A DNA stretch of 64,000 nt from a virus: positions 5,607 through 69,606 of IMG/VR virus record IMGVR_UViG_3300042898_004337, one strand, 5' to 3'. Below the pieces are notes generated by a model that was not told where the DNA came from, made no database searches, and saw only the letters and a program-made list of their open reading frames with translations. This document shows, piece after piece, positions 31,533-41,091 of this stretch (positions are counted from its first letter, which is position 1; each line of letters starts with the position of its first letter). A program made the position numbers and the translations under genes.

Positions 31533-31762
31533 ACGAACAAATTAAAGAACTTGAAGACCAGGCTAGTCAATATGCTAGTCGGGAAACGACTGACTTAGAT
31601 GAATGGGAATTTATTTTCCGTAAAAAGTTCGCCGAGTTGATTGTGAAAAAATGTGCTGCCATTGCCAGCAATACTAACTTGGAAGATGTTGATGGTGGAG
31701 ATAGTGCTGTGCTAGGCGCCGCCCGAGAACAGATTTTAGAACATTTCGGAGTTGGAAAATGA
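31529..31762 (+). CDS. hypothetical protein (tandem paralogue 1)
   Basis: MNEQIKEL...KFAELIVKKC...LEHFGV shared with next ORF. Confidence 0.45.
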   Translation: MNEQIKELEDQASQYASRETTDLDEWEFIFRKKFAELIVKKCAAIASNTNLEDVDGGDSAVLGAAREQILEHFGVGK

Positions 31763-31977
31763 ATGAACGAATTAAAGAACTTCAAATTCAGGCTGAGGCT
31801 GCTGCCGATGAGATATTTGACCGAAAGGGCAAAATGTACGGCGAGATAGTAATGGAAAAGTTCGCCGAGTTGATTGTGCGGAAATGTATTAAGGATTGCC
31901 GTGATATGTTCGTAGTTGATAGTGTCAGTTGGAATCTCTTAAATGAAAAATTAGAACATTTCGGAGTTGAAGAATGA
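31759..31977 (+). CDS. hypothetical protein (tandem paralogue 2)
   Basis: MNERIKEL...KFAELIVRKC...LEHFGV. Confidence 0.45.
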   Translation: MNERIKELQIQAEAAADEIFDRKGKMYGEIVMEKFAELIVRKCIKDCRDMFVVDSVSWNLLNEKLEHFGVEE

Positions 31978-32171
31978 ACATCCAAACCGTAGCAAGTAAT
32001 CTGCGTAACACAATCGCCGGCAAGGAAATGCTGTTGGAGACCTACCGGAATCCCAGCATCCTGACCAAGTCGATCCGAGAGACTATGGCTCATATGTTGG
32101 AAGTCAATATTGCCGAACTCCGGCGTATCTTGCAGGATGTGGAACAGTGTATTGAAAAGGAAACAACATGA
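31974..32171 (+). CDS. hypothetical protein (65 aa)
   Basis: ATGA overlap chain. Confidence 0.4.
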   Translation: MNIQTVASNLRNTIAGKEMLLETYRNPSILTKSIRETMAHMLEVNIAELRRILQDVEQCIEKETT

Positions 32172-32371
32172 CAGACTTAGAAAAACTCGAAGCACGAATT
32201 GAAGCAGTTGACACAGCCATTGCCAGTGTTAAAATGGCTCTGGGTGTGGATCGTAAATTGGGACATGATAAACATCCCAATGGTCACTACACTAAAGCGT
32301 TGGCAGAACTTATGACTATCCAGTCAAGTTTGAACGCATTACGAATTCGATTGATTGCAGTGGGTAGATAA
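32168..32371 (+). CDS. hypothetical protein (67 aa)
   Basis: ATGA overlap chain. Confidence 0.4.
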   Translation: MTDLEKLEARIEAVDTAIASVKMALGVDRKLGHDKHPNGHYTKALAELMTIQSSLNALRIRLIAVGR

Positions 32372-32379
32372 TTTGGACA

Positions 32380-32407
32380 AACCAACTCTTGACAGGGTTG
32401 GTTTTTT
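32380..32407 (+). terminator. rho-independent terminator whose loop contains the -35 of the rIIA promoter
   Basis: stem AACCAAC/GTTGGTT, loop TCTTGACAGG, then TTTTTTC. Confidence 0.5.
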
Positions 32408-32417
32408 CTTGTATAAT
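32389..32417 (+). promoter_or_regulatory. sigma70 consensus promoter TTGACA-N17-TATAAT upstream of rIIA
   Basis: perfect hexamers. Confidence 0.6.
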
Positions 32418-32455
32418 ATATACATACAGACAAACACACTACTGAAAGGTTTTAC

Positions 32456-34633
32456 ATGATTCTCAACAATGCTCCAGTTAACGAAGCTATTGTTTCTAAC
32501 GTAGCAGAAATTGGCGAGTTCCGTATTCGCAATTCTGCCAAAGCGTTCAGCATTTTGAGTTCGGGCTTGTATGCTAACAAGATCCGTGCTATCATCCGCG
32601 AATTGAGTTGCAATGCTGTGGACAGCCATGCAGCCGCAGGTAAGAAAGACACTCCGTTTGATGTGCATTTGCCCAACACATTGGAGCCGCACTTTGCCAT
32701 CCGTGACTACGGCACTGGCTTGAGTCATCAGCAAGTTACCCAAATCTACACCACTTACTTTGAAAGTACTAAAACAAACTCCAACGAGTTTATTGGTGCG
32801 CTGGGGTTGGGTTCAAAGAGTCCGTTCAGCTACACTGACAACTTCACTGTGACTGCTATCCAAAACGGCGTTAAGGGTATCTACTCAGCTTTTATCAACG
32901 GGGAAGGCGTGCCCAGCATTGCCTTGATGATGCAGGAAGCTACAGAAGAGCCTGCTGGTGTTGAAGTTAAGTTTTCCGTCAACGATCGTTACGACTTTGA
33001 CAAGTTCCGACAAGAAGCTCGAGTTGTCTACAAACACTTTGCTCTCCGTCCGGTTGTTTCTGGCAGTTCCGATTTCCAGTTTGTTGATGCTGAGTACGAA
33101 AGCCGCGACATTGTTCCCGGTGTGCATAGTTTCAAGGATCGCAGTAACAGTGCAGCCATTATGGGCAATATTGCTTATCCTATCGAGGTGCCTAACGCTG
33201 ACGGATCTATTCCGCCTGAGTTGAAGCAGTTGCTGGTCTGCGGTTTGGAAATGCACTTTGGTATTGGCGAACTGGACTTCCAAGCCAGCCGCGAAGGCCT
33301 CAGTTACATCCCATCAACTGTTGCGGCTATCAAACGTAAATTGGAAGCAGTCAATGCGGCGTTGACTGTGGTCATTGCCAAGGAAGCAGATGCTATTGAG
33401 AACCTGTGGGATCGTGCTGTGTTCTTGTTCAAGAAGAAAGAGCATCGACTGTGGACCGCGGCTGTGAGCAAGTATGCTCAAGACACTGCTTTGCCTACTT
33501 ATGACGACAAACAGTACAACCGTTTGAAGCGGTTTGAGTTTAAAGTAGAGGACTTGGCTGCTAACTATAACATCCAGATTCGACAGTTGCATCAGACTCG
33601 TCATAACAAGGCTGTGACCACTGGTAAGAGCACTACAGAGTACGCTCCCGGACATGCAAAAAATGCTGCCGGACATTACATCACTTGGCAAGAATGGCAT
33701 GTGCAGGTTGATGACGCCAGTCACTTCATCATCAATGATTTAAAGACCGGTGCCGGCGAACGTGCTCGTTATCACTATCGTGAAACTGGTTGCGGTGTTT
33801 ACAGCCGTGCTATCTGGATTTTGGAAAAGGCAGACAAGACTAAGGACATGGATACCAAGTCTTTCTTTGCCGCTATCCAAGAACCTCCGCTTGCTCGTCG
33901 CTTTGTCGCAAGTACCTTGAAGCAACGTGAACGTGAGAACATGGGTAAGAACGTTTCAATTCTCAAGTTGGAACGTCGTGGTGGCGGTGGCTATCGTCGT
34001 GATGAGCAAGATATGGTCTGGCGTGCCGCAGGCGATACTAGCAAGTTTGTCACTACAGAAACCTACTACTATGTACCATTGAGCGGCTTCACAATGCTAA
34101 GTGCCAAAGGCTATACTAGCGGTAAGGACATGCATGAAGATGTCAAGAGCTTGCACAATTTGTTCAATGGTGAAATCTATGGTGTGCGTAAGAGCGACAT
34201 TGAAGATATCAAGAAGAAGCCAAACTGGAAAAACTTTGAAGAACACATTGTTGATCAGTTGGCTGCTAAGGACAATTCCAAACTGTTGATGAGTTTGGTT
34301 AAGAGTGCATTAGAGGGGGCCGATGTTATCAACGGCATCCACAATAAAGATATTTTGGCTGAAATTGATGCCAACAGTCCTTACGCTAAACTGGTTTCAG
34401 TGTTTGTAAAGGTTGACAAGTTCACAGGAAACCGCTACAATATTGATAGACTGTTCCGCAAGTTTGCTCCTACAGCTAACCTTAGCCCAGAAGCACTTGT
34501 GACCAAGTATCAAACAGAACTCAACACAGTTAACAGCCGTTATCCGTTGTTGACTAGTTTGAGTACTTACCGCGTAGAGGCAAGCGATATTGCCGAGTAT
34601 GTAAATTTAATTGATGCAAAGAAAGGTATTTAA
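32456..34633 (+). CDS. rIIA: rIIA protein (GHKL-ATPase-like N-terminus)
   Basis: 725 aa like T4 rIIA; AFSILSSGLYANKIRAIIRELSCNAVDSH and FIGALGLGSKSPFSY match T4 rIIA as recalled; ELxxNAxD N-box. Confidence 0.8.
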   Translation: MILNNAPVNEAIVSNVAEIGEFRIRNSAKAFSILSSGLYANKIRAIIRELSCNAVDSHAAAGKKDTPFDVHLPNTLEPHFAIRDYGTGLSHQQVTQIYTTYFESTKTNSNEFIGALGLGSKSPFSYTDNFTVTAIQNGVKGIYSAFINGEGVPSIALMMQEATEEPAGVEVKFSVNDRYDFDKFRQEARVVYKHFALRPVVSGSSDFQFVDAEYESRDIVPGVHSFKDRSNSAAIMGNIAYPIEVPNADGSIPPELKQLLVCGLEMHFGIGELDFQASREGLSYIPSTVAAIKRKLEAVNAALTVVIAKEADAIENLWDRAVFLFKKKEHRLWTAAVSKYAQDTALPTYDDKQYNRLKRFEFKVEDLAANYNIQIRQLHQTRHNKAVTTGKSTTEYAPGHAKNAAGHYITWQEWHVQVDDASHFIINDLKTGAGERARYHYRETGCGVYSRAIWILEKADKTKDMDTKSFFAAIQEPPLARRFVASTLKQRERENMGKNVSILKLERRGGGGYRRDEQDMVWRAAGDTSKFVTTETYYYVPLSGFTMLSAKGYTSGKDMHEDVKSLHNLFNGEIYGVRKSDIEDIKKKPNWKNFEEHIVDQLAAKDNSKLLMSLVKSALEGADVINGIHNKDILAEIDANSPYAKLVSVFVKVDKFTGNRYNIDRLFRKFAPTANLSPEALVTKYQTELNTVNSRYPLLTSLSTYRVEASDIAEYVNLIDAKKGI

Positions 34634-34634
34634 A

Positions 34635-35690
34635 ATGAGTTATCCGTTTATTCTTCAAGGTTCGAATGTTACTGTCGTTATTGACGGCAAACCACATACG
34701 ATTTCTAAGACCCACGTCACTTACCAAAAGGTAGTTGATGCTATTAAAGCACAAGACTGGGACACTGTTAAAAACATTATTGACCCAGTCAAGGTTGTGC
34801 TGAACTACGGTGCTGGCAACATCTCTGTCAAAGGCGAACAACTGTTCTGGAAAGGACAACCTTTTGCAGGTGTATTGGCAAGCCGTATGATTACCATGTT
34901 GCAGGATGGCTTTACTATTGAGCCAATGGTTCTGTTCATGCACAACTTGATGAAGAACCCTTCAAAGCGTTCAGTAGATGAACTCTATGGCTTCTTGGAA
35001 AAGAACAGTTTGCCCATCACTCCCGATGGTTACTTCCTTGCCTACAAGAAAGTACGCCGAGACTTCAAAGACATTCACAGTGGTACTATGGACAATAGCC
35101 CGGGTACTGTTGTCGAAATGGAACGCAACGCTGTTGACGACAACAAGGATCAAACTTGCAGTACTGGTCTCCACTTCTGCGGTTTGAGTTACTTGGACCA
35201 CTTTGGTGGTAATGACAGCCGTGTGGTAATTGTTAAGATTGATCCAGCTGATGTTGTTTCAATCCCAAGTGACTACAATGGTGCCAAGGGTCGTGCTTGC
35301 CGATATGAAGTTATTGGTGAAATGGGCGGTGAAGCAAGGGATGCTTTTGACAAGCCTGTACAGAGCAATGCCAACAGTACTGAAACTGTACGTGCGGCTA
35401 AGCCTGCGCCAGAAGTCCGAGTCGGTTCAAGTATCCATAAGCGTGGTTATAGTGACGGCTTCTCTGGTGCAGACTATAGCAATTCATACAACTATGGTTC
35501 CAGAGAACACAATGCATATGACGTTGGATACGAGGCCGGTGTGGAAGATCGCGAAAACGGTGATCCAGCACGGTATCGTTATGTGCCACCAACTGGTTGG
35601 ACTCGCAATACTGATGGTAAGGTGACACCACCTCCTGGAACTGTGTTTAGGGCACAAGGCAGTGATTGGCCTTTCCCAACTAAAGGATAA
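34635..35690 (+). CDS. rIIB: rIIB protein
   Basis: DNSPGTVVEMERNAVDD...GLHFCGLSYLDHFGG.DSRVVIVKIDPADVVSIPSDYNGAKGRACRYEV matches T4 rIIB conserved C-terminal blocks as recalled. Confidence 0.75.
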   Translation: MSYPFILQGSNVTVVIDGKPHTISKTHVTYQKVVDAIKAQDWDTVKNIIDPVKVVLNYGAGNISVKGEQLFWKGQPFAGVLASRMITMLQDGFTIEPMVLFMHNLMKNPSKRSVDELYGFLEKNSLPITPDGYFLAYKKVRRDFKDIHSGTMDNSPGTVVEMERNAVDDNKDQTCSTGLHFCGLSYLDHFGGNDSRVVIVKIDPADVVSIPSDYNGAKGRACRYEVIGEMGGEARDAFDKPVQSNANSTETVRAAKPAPEVRVGSSIHKRGYSDGFSGADYSNSYNYGSREHNAYDVGYEAGVEDRENGDPARYRYVPPTGWTRNTDGKVTPPPGTVFRAQGSDWPFPTKG

Positions 35691-35695
35691 TCAAA

Positions 35696-35872
35696 ATGAT
35701 TAAACTTTGGTTTGCATTTGCTATCCTTGCTGTTCTGATACATTTTGGCATTCGTGCTATGAGAAATATGGAAGGCAAGGAACAATTGGCCTTGACAAAA
35801 AGCATAGGCTATAGTATACTTGTATCACTGGCAGCAGTAATGTTGATGACAGTGCTTGTAATTCTTTTTTAA
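35696..35872 (+). CDS. small membrane protein (58 aa, 2 TM)
   Basis: AAAGGA RBS; hydrophobic. Confidence 0.4.
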   Translation: MIKLWFAFAILAVLIHFGIRAMRNMEGKEQLALTKSIGYSILVSLAAVMLMTVLVILF

Positions 35873-35967
35873 GGTATTGTATGATCAATGATCGTTGGCT
35901 AAGGCCCTTGTATTTTGCTTTGGGTTTTGTTGTTTGTTTTTATCTTTTTTCCACTGGAGTTATCTAA

Positions 35968-36765
35968 ATGATGCGTTTTATTAAAGTTGGTTTGGTTTTG
36001 ACCGCAGTTGCTCTAACTAGTGCTTGTACTCGTATTGAGACTGGTGAGGTCGGTGTGCGAGTTGGTTTTGATAAACAGGTACAACCAGGTGAGTTGTTGC
36101 CTGGTTCGTTCAATCAGACATTCATCGGTGATGTGCTTACATTCCCGGTCAAGGATGTTAACGTGGTCTTGGAGAATATGACTCCGGTGGCCAAGGACAA
36201 CTCAACCATGAAAGACTTTGATGCTGTAGTTGTTTACAACATCAATTCACAGAATGTTGCCGAACTTTATTCAACCAAGAACAAATCGTTCCACGCTGAA
36301 TTCAAAGGTGACACTTATGTGATGTACAACTATGTGGTTCAGAATGCTCGTAATGCTATCTACAAAGCCGCACGAAAGTACGAAGCATTGGATATGGCAG
36401 ACAACCGCACTGACATGGAAAACTACATTAAGGAAGAAATTGTTCGCAACCTTTCTGAAGAAAAGTTGGACGGTTCCATTATGATCAGTCAGGTTATGAT
36501 TCGTAATGTACTGCCAAGTGATACTGTTGTTGAGTCGGCTAACGCATTGGTTCGTAGTAAGAACGAACTCAAGCAGAAGGAAGTTGAAGTTAAGACTGCC
36601 GAAGCTGAAAGCCGTCGTATGGCAGCACTTGCAAATAACTCAGGTGCTAGTATTGCATTCATGCAGGCACAAGCCATGTTGAATATCTCAGAAGGTATCA
36701 AGAATGGACAAGTACAGACCATTGTTGTTCCAAGCAACTTCAATGCATTGATGATGCCTAAGTAA
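35968..36765 (+). CDS. SPFH/band-7 (prohibitin/HflC-like) domain lipoprotein
   Basis: lipobox LTSAC; SPFH-like core followed by coiled-coil KQKEVEVKTAEAESRR. Confidence 0.5.
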   Translation: MMRFIKVGLVLTAVALTSACTRIETGEVGVRVGFDKQVQPGELLPGSFNQTFIGDVLTFPVKDVNVVLENMTPVAKDNSTMKDFDAVVVYNINSQNVAELYSTKNKSFHAEFKGDTYVMYNYVVQNARNAIYKAARKYEALDMADNRTDMENYIKEEIVRNLSEEKLDGSIMISQVMIRNVLPSDTVVESANALVRSKNELKQKEVEVKTAEAESRRMAALANNSGASIAFMQAQAMLNISEGIKNGQVQTIVVPSNFNALMMPK

Positions 36766-36784
36766 TTAGACAAAAAGAAGAACA

Positions 36785-36805
36785 AGGGCTGTCACGGCCC
36801 TTTTT
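36785..36805 (+). terminator. rho-independent terminator
   Basis: stem AGGGC/GCCCT, loop TGTCACG, then TTTTTC. Confidence 0.5.
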
Positions 36806-36925
36806 CAGAGAAAGCATAGTGTATATCACAAACAAATACGATTCAATCCGACTGCCCAATGAACCAGGCATGTTGGAATGGTTGCAAGAACACTATCCCT
36901 ACTCAGGATATAAGGTGGTAGAAAA

Positions 36926-37150
36926 ATGAAAATCGAAAACGCTGTGGGCACACGAGGATTTATTCTGGACACACTGAACGGATATGTATTCCGTGTATAT
37001 CACGACAAAGGTGGATTCACGGACTATGACCTGCGTCATGGTGATTTAGAAGTTACAATAGTAGATGAGGATGCTTACTTCTACCCTAATGACAAAGACG
37101 GCGGCACATTGGACTATAGTCCAGAAACACAGGGGCTTGATATAAAATGA
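36926..37150 (+). CDS. hypothetical protein (74 aa)
   Basis: ORF track. Confidence 0.4.
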   Translation: MKIENAVGTRGFILDTLNGYVFRVYHDKGGFTDYDLRHGDLEVTIVDEDAYFYPNDKDGGTLDYSPETQGLDIK

Positions 37151-37329
37151 AAGACGAAAGTCATTTACCAGTAAGTGAACAGAGTCTTATATTCCGCCTA
37201 CGCAAGCGAGCAGAGATTCGCAGACAGATCAAAGACCGTAAATCAGTACAGGAAGGCACGCCAGACCGTATTGCAGATTTGTTAGAAGAAGCAGCCGATG
37301 AGATTGATCGATTAAATAGTACACAATGA
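37147..37329 (+). CDS. hypothetical protein (60 aa)
   Basis: ATGA overlap. Confidence 0.35.
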   Translation: MKDESHLPVSEQSLIFRLRKRAEIRRQIKDRKSVQEGTPDRIADLLEEAADEIDRLNSTQ

Positions 37330-37499
37330 ATGATATCGATAAACTTATTTTTCTCAAAGAAGAAGAGATTCAAAAGTACAGACTTGCATCAAAAGATTTT
37401 CCCGTAGAACTAAGAAGAAGATTTTCTGTACATTATATTAAAATGTTAGAAGATCAACTTAATAAATTGCGGCTACAAAAATCAAAAGCATCTAATTAA
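37326..37499 (+). CDS. hypothetical protein (57 aa)
   Basis: ATGA overlap; MNDIDKLIFLKEEE... Confidence 0.35.
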   Translation: MNDIDKLIFLKEEEIQKYRLASKDFPVELRRRFSVHYIKMLEDQLNKLRLQKSKASN

Positions 37500-37503
37500 C
37501 TCT

Positions 37504-38526
37504 ATGCCTACAATTCATATATTAAGCAATCCAACCGGTCCTGTTCATATTAATAACAGGACCGATCCCTTTTCTATAGCGGTAATAAAATTTATCAACA
37601 ACATGATGCCTCTAGGATGGGACTGTATCCATTACGGTATAGTGGGCTGTAAAGTAGATTGTGAAACTGTAATTTGTTTAGATGAGATATACCCACACAG
37701 AAATTCTTGTATAGACAAATACAATATAAGAGCAGCCGGTGAAATTAAATCCCGAAAATCTCCCGGAGATATTATAGTTTGCTTTCATGGTTGGGAAAAT
37801 CAAGTTGCCGCCGAAGCCAATAACGATCTTATTATCATCGAACCTAGCATAGGCTACGACACTAAGGCAGTGTTCGCACCTTATAGAGTATTTGTCAGCT
37901 ATGCCCAAATGCACATGTTCTACGGTGAGAGAAAGATGTTAATGGCTCCTAGCTGGTATGACGCTGTTATACCAAATGCATTTTCACCAGACGAGTTTGA
38001 ATTCTCTAAGGCAAAGAAAGATTATATTCTTTACTTTGGTAGAGTTATTGAAAACAAAGGTCTTAATATTGCTATACAAGCTACAAAAGAAACAGGACAT
38101 AAATTGATTGTAGCAGGTCCCGGAGATCTAGCAGACATGGGTTATTCTGAAATTCCTAGTCATGTAGAAGTGTTTGGTGTGGCAAATGCAGAACAGCGTA
38201 AAGTATTAATGCGAGATGCAAAGGCGATCATAGGACCGACTTACTACGTTGAACCTTTTGGCAATATGGTTGCTGAAGGCTACTTCTCCGGCACCCCAGC
38301 TATTACCACAGACTGGGGGGGCTTTACAGAAACAGTTGTACAAGGTGTAACTGGATTCCGTTGTAGAGAGTTTAAAGAATTTGTCGACGCATTGAATAAC
38401 ATTGACAAGATAGACCCCAAAGTTTGCCGAGACTGGGCAATGAAACACTACTCTGAAGAAGTTGTACATAAACAACTCGATGAATATTTTAAAAAATTAT
38501 TAACAGGCAACTTTTATAGATCATGA
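37504..38526 (+). CDS. glycosyltransferase family 1 (GT4-like)
   Basis: C-terminal FG.V...KG..........G..L.I.G...... and E..EPFG....EG...G.P.I GT-B motifs. Confidence 0.55.
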   Translation: MPTIHILSNPTGPVHINNRTDPFSIAVIKFINNMMPLGWDCIHYGIVGCKVDCETVICLDEIYPHRNSCIDKYNIRAAGEIKSRKSPGDIIVCFHGWENQVAAEANNDLIIIEPSIGYDTKAVFAPYRVFVSYAQMHMFYGERKMLMAPSWYDAVIPNAFSPDEFEFSKAKKDYILYFGRVIENKGLNIAIQATKETGHKLIVAGPGDLADMGYSEIPSHVEVFGVANAEQRKVLMRDAKAIIGPTYYVEPFGNMVAEGYFSGTPAITTDWGGFTETVVQGVTGFRCREFKEFVDALNNIDKIDPKVCRDWAMKHYSEEVVHKQLDEYFKKLLTGNFYRS

Positions 38527-39284
38527 AGAAAGCAATACTGGTTACCAGCGTCATTGATGTTGATAATACCTATCCACTTACCTACAGTAATGTAAGATCT
38601 ATCTTCAGTAATGAAGAACGATTAAGACAAACTATTTTTACTCTATCATCTTTAGATAGAATAATAGACGACGAAACAACTATATTTTTAGTTGACTCAT
38701 CTAAAAATTCTGCACACTACAAAGCAGTACTTGCCTACCAACCAAATCTTGTTTTTATTAATGTAGCAGAAGAATTTCCCGACTTATTTGATATTATTAG
38801 AACACACTCTCACAAGAGTCACTGTGAAACAATATTACAACTTGCATTCTTTAATAGATATAAAGATTTGCTCAAAGAATATGACTTCTTTTTTAAATTA
38901 AGTGGAAGATATTTCTTTGATCGGTCGTTTAACCTAACTCATTGTACAAATGAAAATACAGGGAAATTGTTTTTTAAACATCCGTTAAAATTTGAGTGGC
39001 AGGATACTTGGCCCTATGAAATGGTAGATAGACGAAGTACCCAGCAAGATAACACGCTTAGACAATATTGCTCAGTGCTTTATGGATGGACTTCTGAGTA
39101 TCATGAAAAAATGCTAGACATCTATAGAGTGATTGCAGAATTTACAAATAATCCCAACGGACTAGCATATGATCTTGAAACCTTGTTATATTTCTTTACT
39201 AGACCTTACGAAAAAGACATAGTAGAAACTGACTGGAAAATATATGGCTGGGAAGGTGTTAGTGGAACATACATGAGGTATTAA
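38523..39284 (+). CDS. hypothetical protein (253 aa)
   Basis: ATGA overlap with GT gene. Confidence 0.45.
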   Translation: MKKAILVTSVIDVDNTYPLTYSNVRSIFSNEERLRQTIFTLSSLDRIIDDETTIFLVDSSKNSAHYKAVLAYQPNLVFINVAEEFPDLFDIIRTHSHKSHCETILQLAFFNRYKDLLKEYDFFFKLSGRYFFDRSFNLTHCTNENTGKLFFKHPLKFEWQDTWPYEMVDRRSTQQDNTLRQYCSVLYGWTSEYHEKMLDIYRVIAEFTNNPNGLAYDLETLLYFFTRPYEKDIVETDWKIYGWEGVSGTYMRY

Positions 39285-39833
39285 ATGAATTTAGAATTAT
39301 TAGTTATCGATAACTTTTATGAGAACCCAGACATTGTTAGAAATTATGCATTGTCTCAAGACTTCTCGGTAAAAGGAAATTATCCCGGATCGAGAACTAA
39401 ACCTTATCTACCGGACGATGTTAAATCCTGTATCGAATACTGGATGGCATTTGCAGGACCGGTTACTTACTGGTTTGAAGATCAAGGTTACACCGGAGCC
39501 TTTCAATTAGCCACAGCTCAAGACAGAACATGGATACATGCCGACCATCATAATATGTGGGCAGGTGTTTGTTACCTAACTCCGGATGCTCCACATACAG
39601 GTGGAACTGCATTTTACCGCCACAAAGAAACTGGAGAATTTAGAAGATCTAACAAAGATCACGAAGGTTATGATTATACCAAATGGGATCAATTTGATAG
39701 AGTAGGAAACAAGTATAACAGACTGATAATCTATCGAGGTGATCTATACCACGCAAGTTTAGATTATTTTGGATACAGCAACGAAACTGGCAGACTTTTC
39801 CAAACTTTCTTCTTTAATACTGAGAGAATCTAA
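39285..39833 (+). CDS. putative cupin/2OG-Fe(II) oxygenase-like protein
   Basis: IHADHHN...........LIIYRGDLYHAS H-x-D...H-like spacing. Confidence 0.3.
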   Translation: MNLELLVIDNFYENPDIVRNYALSQDFSVKGNYPGSRTKPYLPDDVKSCIEYWMAFAGPVTYWFEDQGYTGAFQLATAQDRTWIHADHHNMWAGVCYLTPDAPHTGGTAFYRHKETGEFRRSNKDHEGYDYTKWDQFDRVGNKYNRLIIYRGDLYHASLDYFGYSNETGRLFQTFFFNTERI

Positions 39834-40588
39834 TGACCTATAAAATTTGTCAGGTAATATTTTCAACTAACAGACTAGAGTACTTGACTCGTACACTAAG
39901 AGCACAGCGTAATATAAATTATTACGGATGCGAAGTACATAAAATTTTCATCGATGATTATCCTAAAACTCGAAACGATTTGATGATCACAGAGCTGGTT
40001 AAGTTGTACGGCTATAATGAAATTATTTTGCATCCAGAAAATCTAGGGTTGAGTGTAACATGGAGTCAATTCTGGGACCTAATGAAGGAAAGAGATTATG
40101 ACTACATATGGCACCAAGAAGATGACGTAGAAATACTAGAACCTGTACTAGTCACCGACCTTATAGAGCTATTGCAAAAAGATCAAGAATTGGGACAGGT
40201 TCAGTTAGCAAGACAAGCATGGTACGGTCACGAAACGGATCCGATTGCTGACAGATCAGATCATATCTATAAGAATTTTCGTTATACAAAAAATAGCTTG
40301 ATTTTTAGTCCCATGGCAAGTTTATATTCATTAGATAGGGTTAAGGTGGACTATAGAAAATTCTACGATTTTAATTTAAATGAAGGGCTTGTAGGTAAAG
40401 TACTACACGAACAGTACGGCATGGTGTCTGCGAATATTAGAAATTATTATGGAAGAAAACTAATTAATCACATAGGCGAGTGGTTCGTAGGTAAAAGAGT
40501 GTTACCAAACGAACCAAATTATGATCAATTTGCCCACTATGATCCCGATAAAAAGTACCACTCTAGAGACGGCAGAGATTATCAATGA
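39833..40588 (+). CDS. putative glycosyltransferase (GT-A-like, DXD)
   Basis: FIDDYP and HQEDDVEI acidic motifs. Confidence 0.3.
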   Translation: MTYKICQVIFSTNRLEYLTRTLRAQRNINYYGCEVHKIFIDDYPKTRNDLMITELVKLYGYNEIILHPENLGLSVTWSQFWDLMKERDYDYIWHQEDDVEILEPVLVTDLIELLQKDQELGQVQLARQAWYGHETDPIADRSDHIYKNFRYTKNSLIFSPMASLYSLDRVKVDYRKFYDFNLNEGLVGKVLHEQYGMVSANIRNYYGRKLINHIGEWFVGKRVLPNEPNYDQFAHYDPDKKYHSRDGRDYQ

Positions 40589-41091
40589 AAGAAAAATACA
40601 TAGACATGTATATGGATTGGGCTTTAAGAGCTGCTGAACTTAGCCACGCTCGTAGATTACAAGTAGGTGCTGTGATCGTCAAAGATGACAGTGTTATTAG
40701 TTACGGATACAATGGCATGCCCGCAGGTTGGGATAACAACTGCGAAGATCAAGTATGGGATTCGGGTGCAGGCGGTTGGCTCGACCCTGAAGAGTTTGAT
40801 GCCAAGTATCCATACGAAGGATGGCACGAAGGTGCTCAACGAAATGTTCGATACGGATTAAAAACTAAACCTGAGGTATTACATGCAGAATCAAATGCTA
40901 TTGCAAAATTGGCGAAGTCTAACAACAGTGGTGTTGGGGCTGACTTATTTGTTACTCACATGCCCTGTCTCAACTGTGCCAAGCTCATTTATCAGTCAGG
41001 CATTAGTCGTGTATATTATGGTGAAAACTATAGGGATGATTCAGGTGTCAAATTCCTTGAAAAGTCCGGAGTAACAGTAGAACAGATTTAA
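40585..41091 (+). CDS. dCMP deaminase (CMP/dCMP-type zinc deaminase)
   Basis: HAESNAI....PCLNCAKLIYQSGISRVYY zinc-binding motifs (H/C-A-E ... P-C-x-x-C). Confidence 0.75.
   Translation: MKEKYIDMYMDWALRAAELSHARRLQVGAVIVKDDSVISYGYNGMPAGWDNNCEDQVWDSGAGGWLDPEEFDAKYPYEGWHEGAQRNVRYGLKTKPEVLHAESNAIAKLAKSNNSGVGADLFVTHMPCLNCAKLIYQSGISRVYYGENYRDDSGVKFLEKSGVTVEQI

Noticed and set aside
36819-36925. about 36-aa GTG-initiated ORF between terminator 36785-36805 and gene 36926
   Set aside because: No RBS, non-ATG start, and short length.
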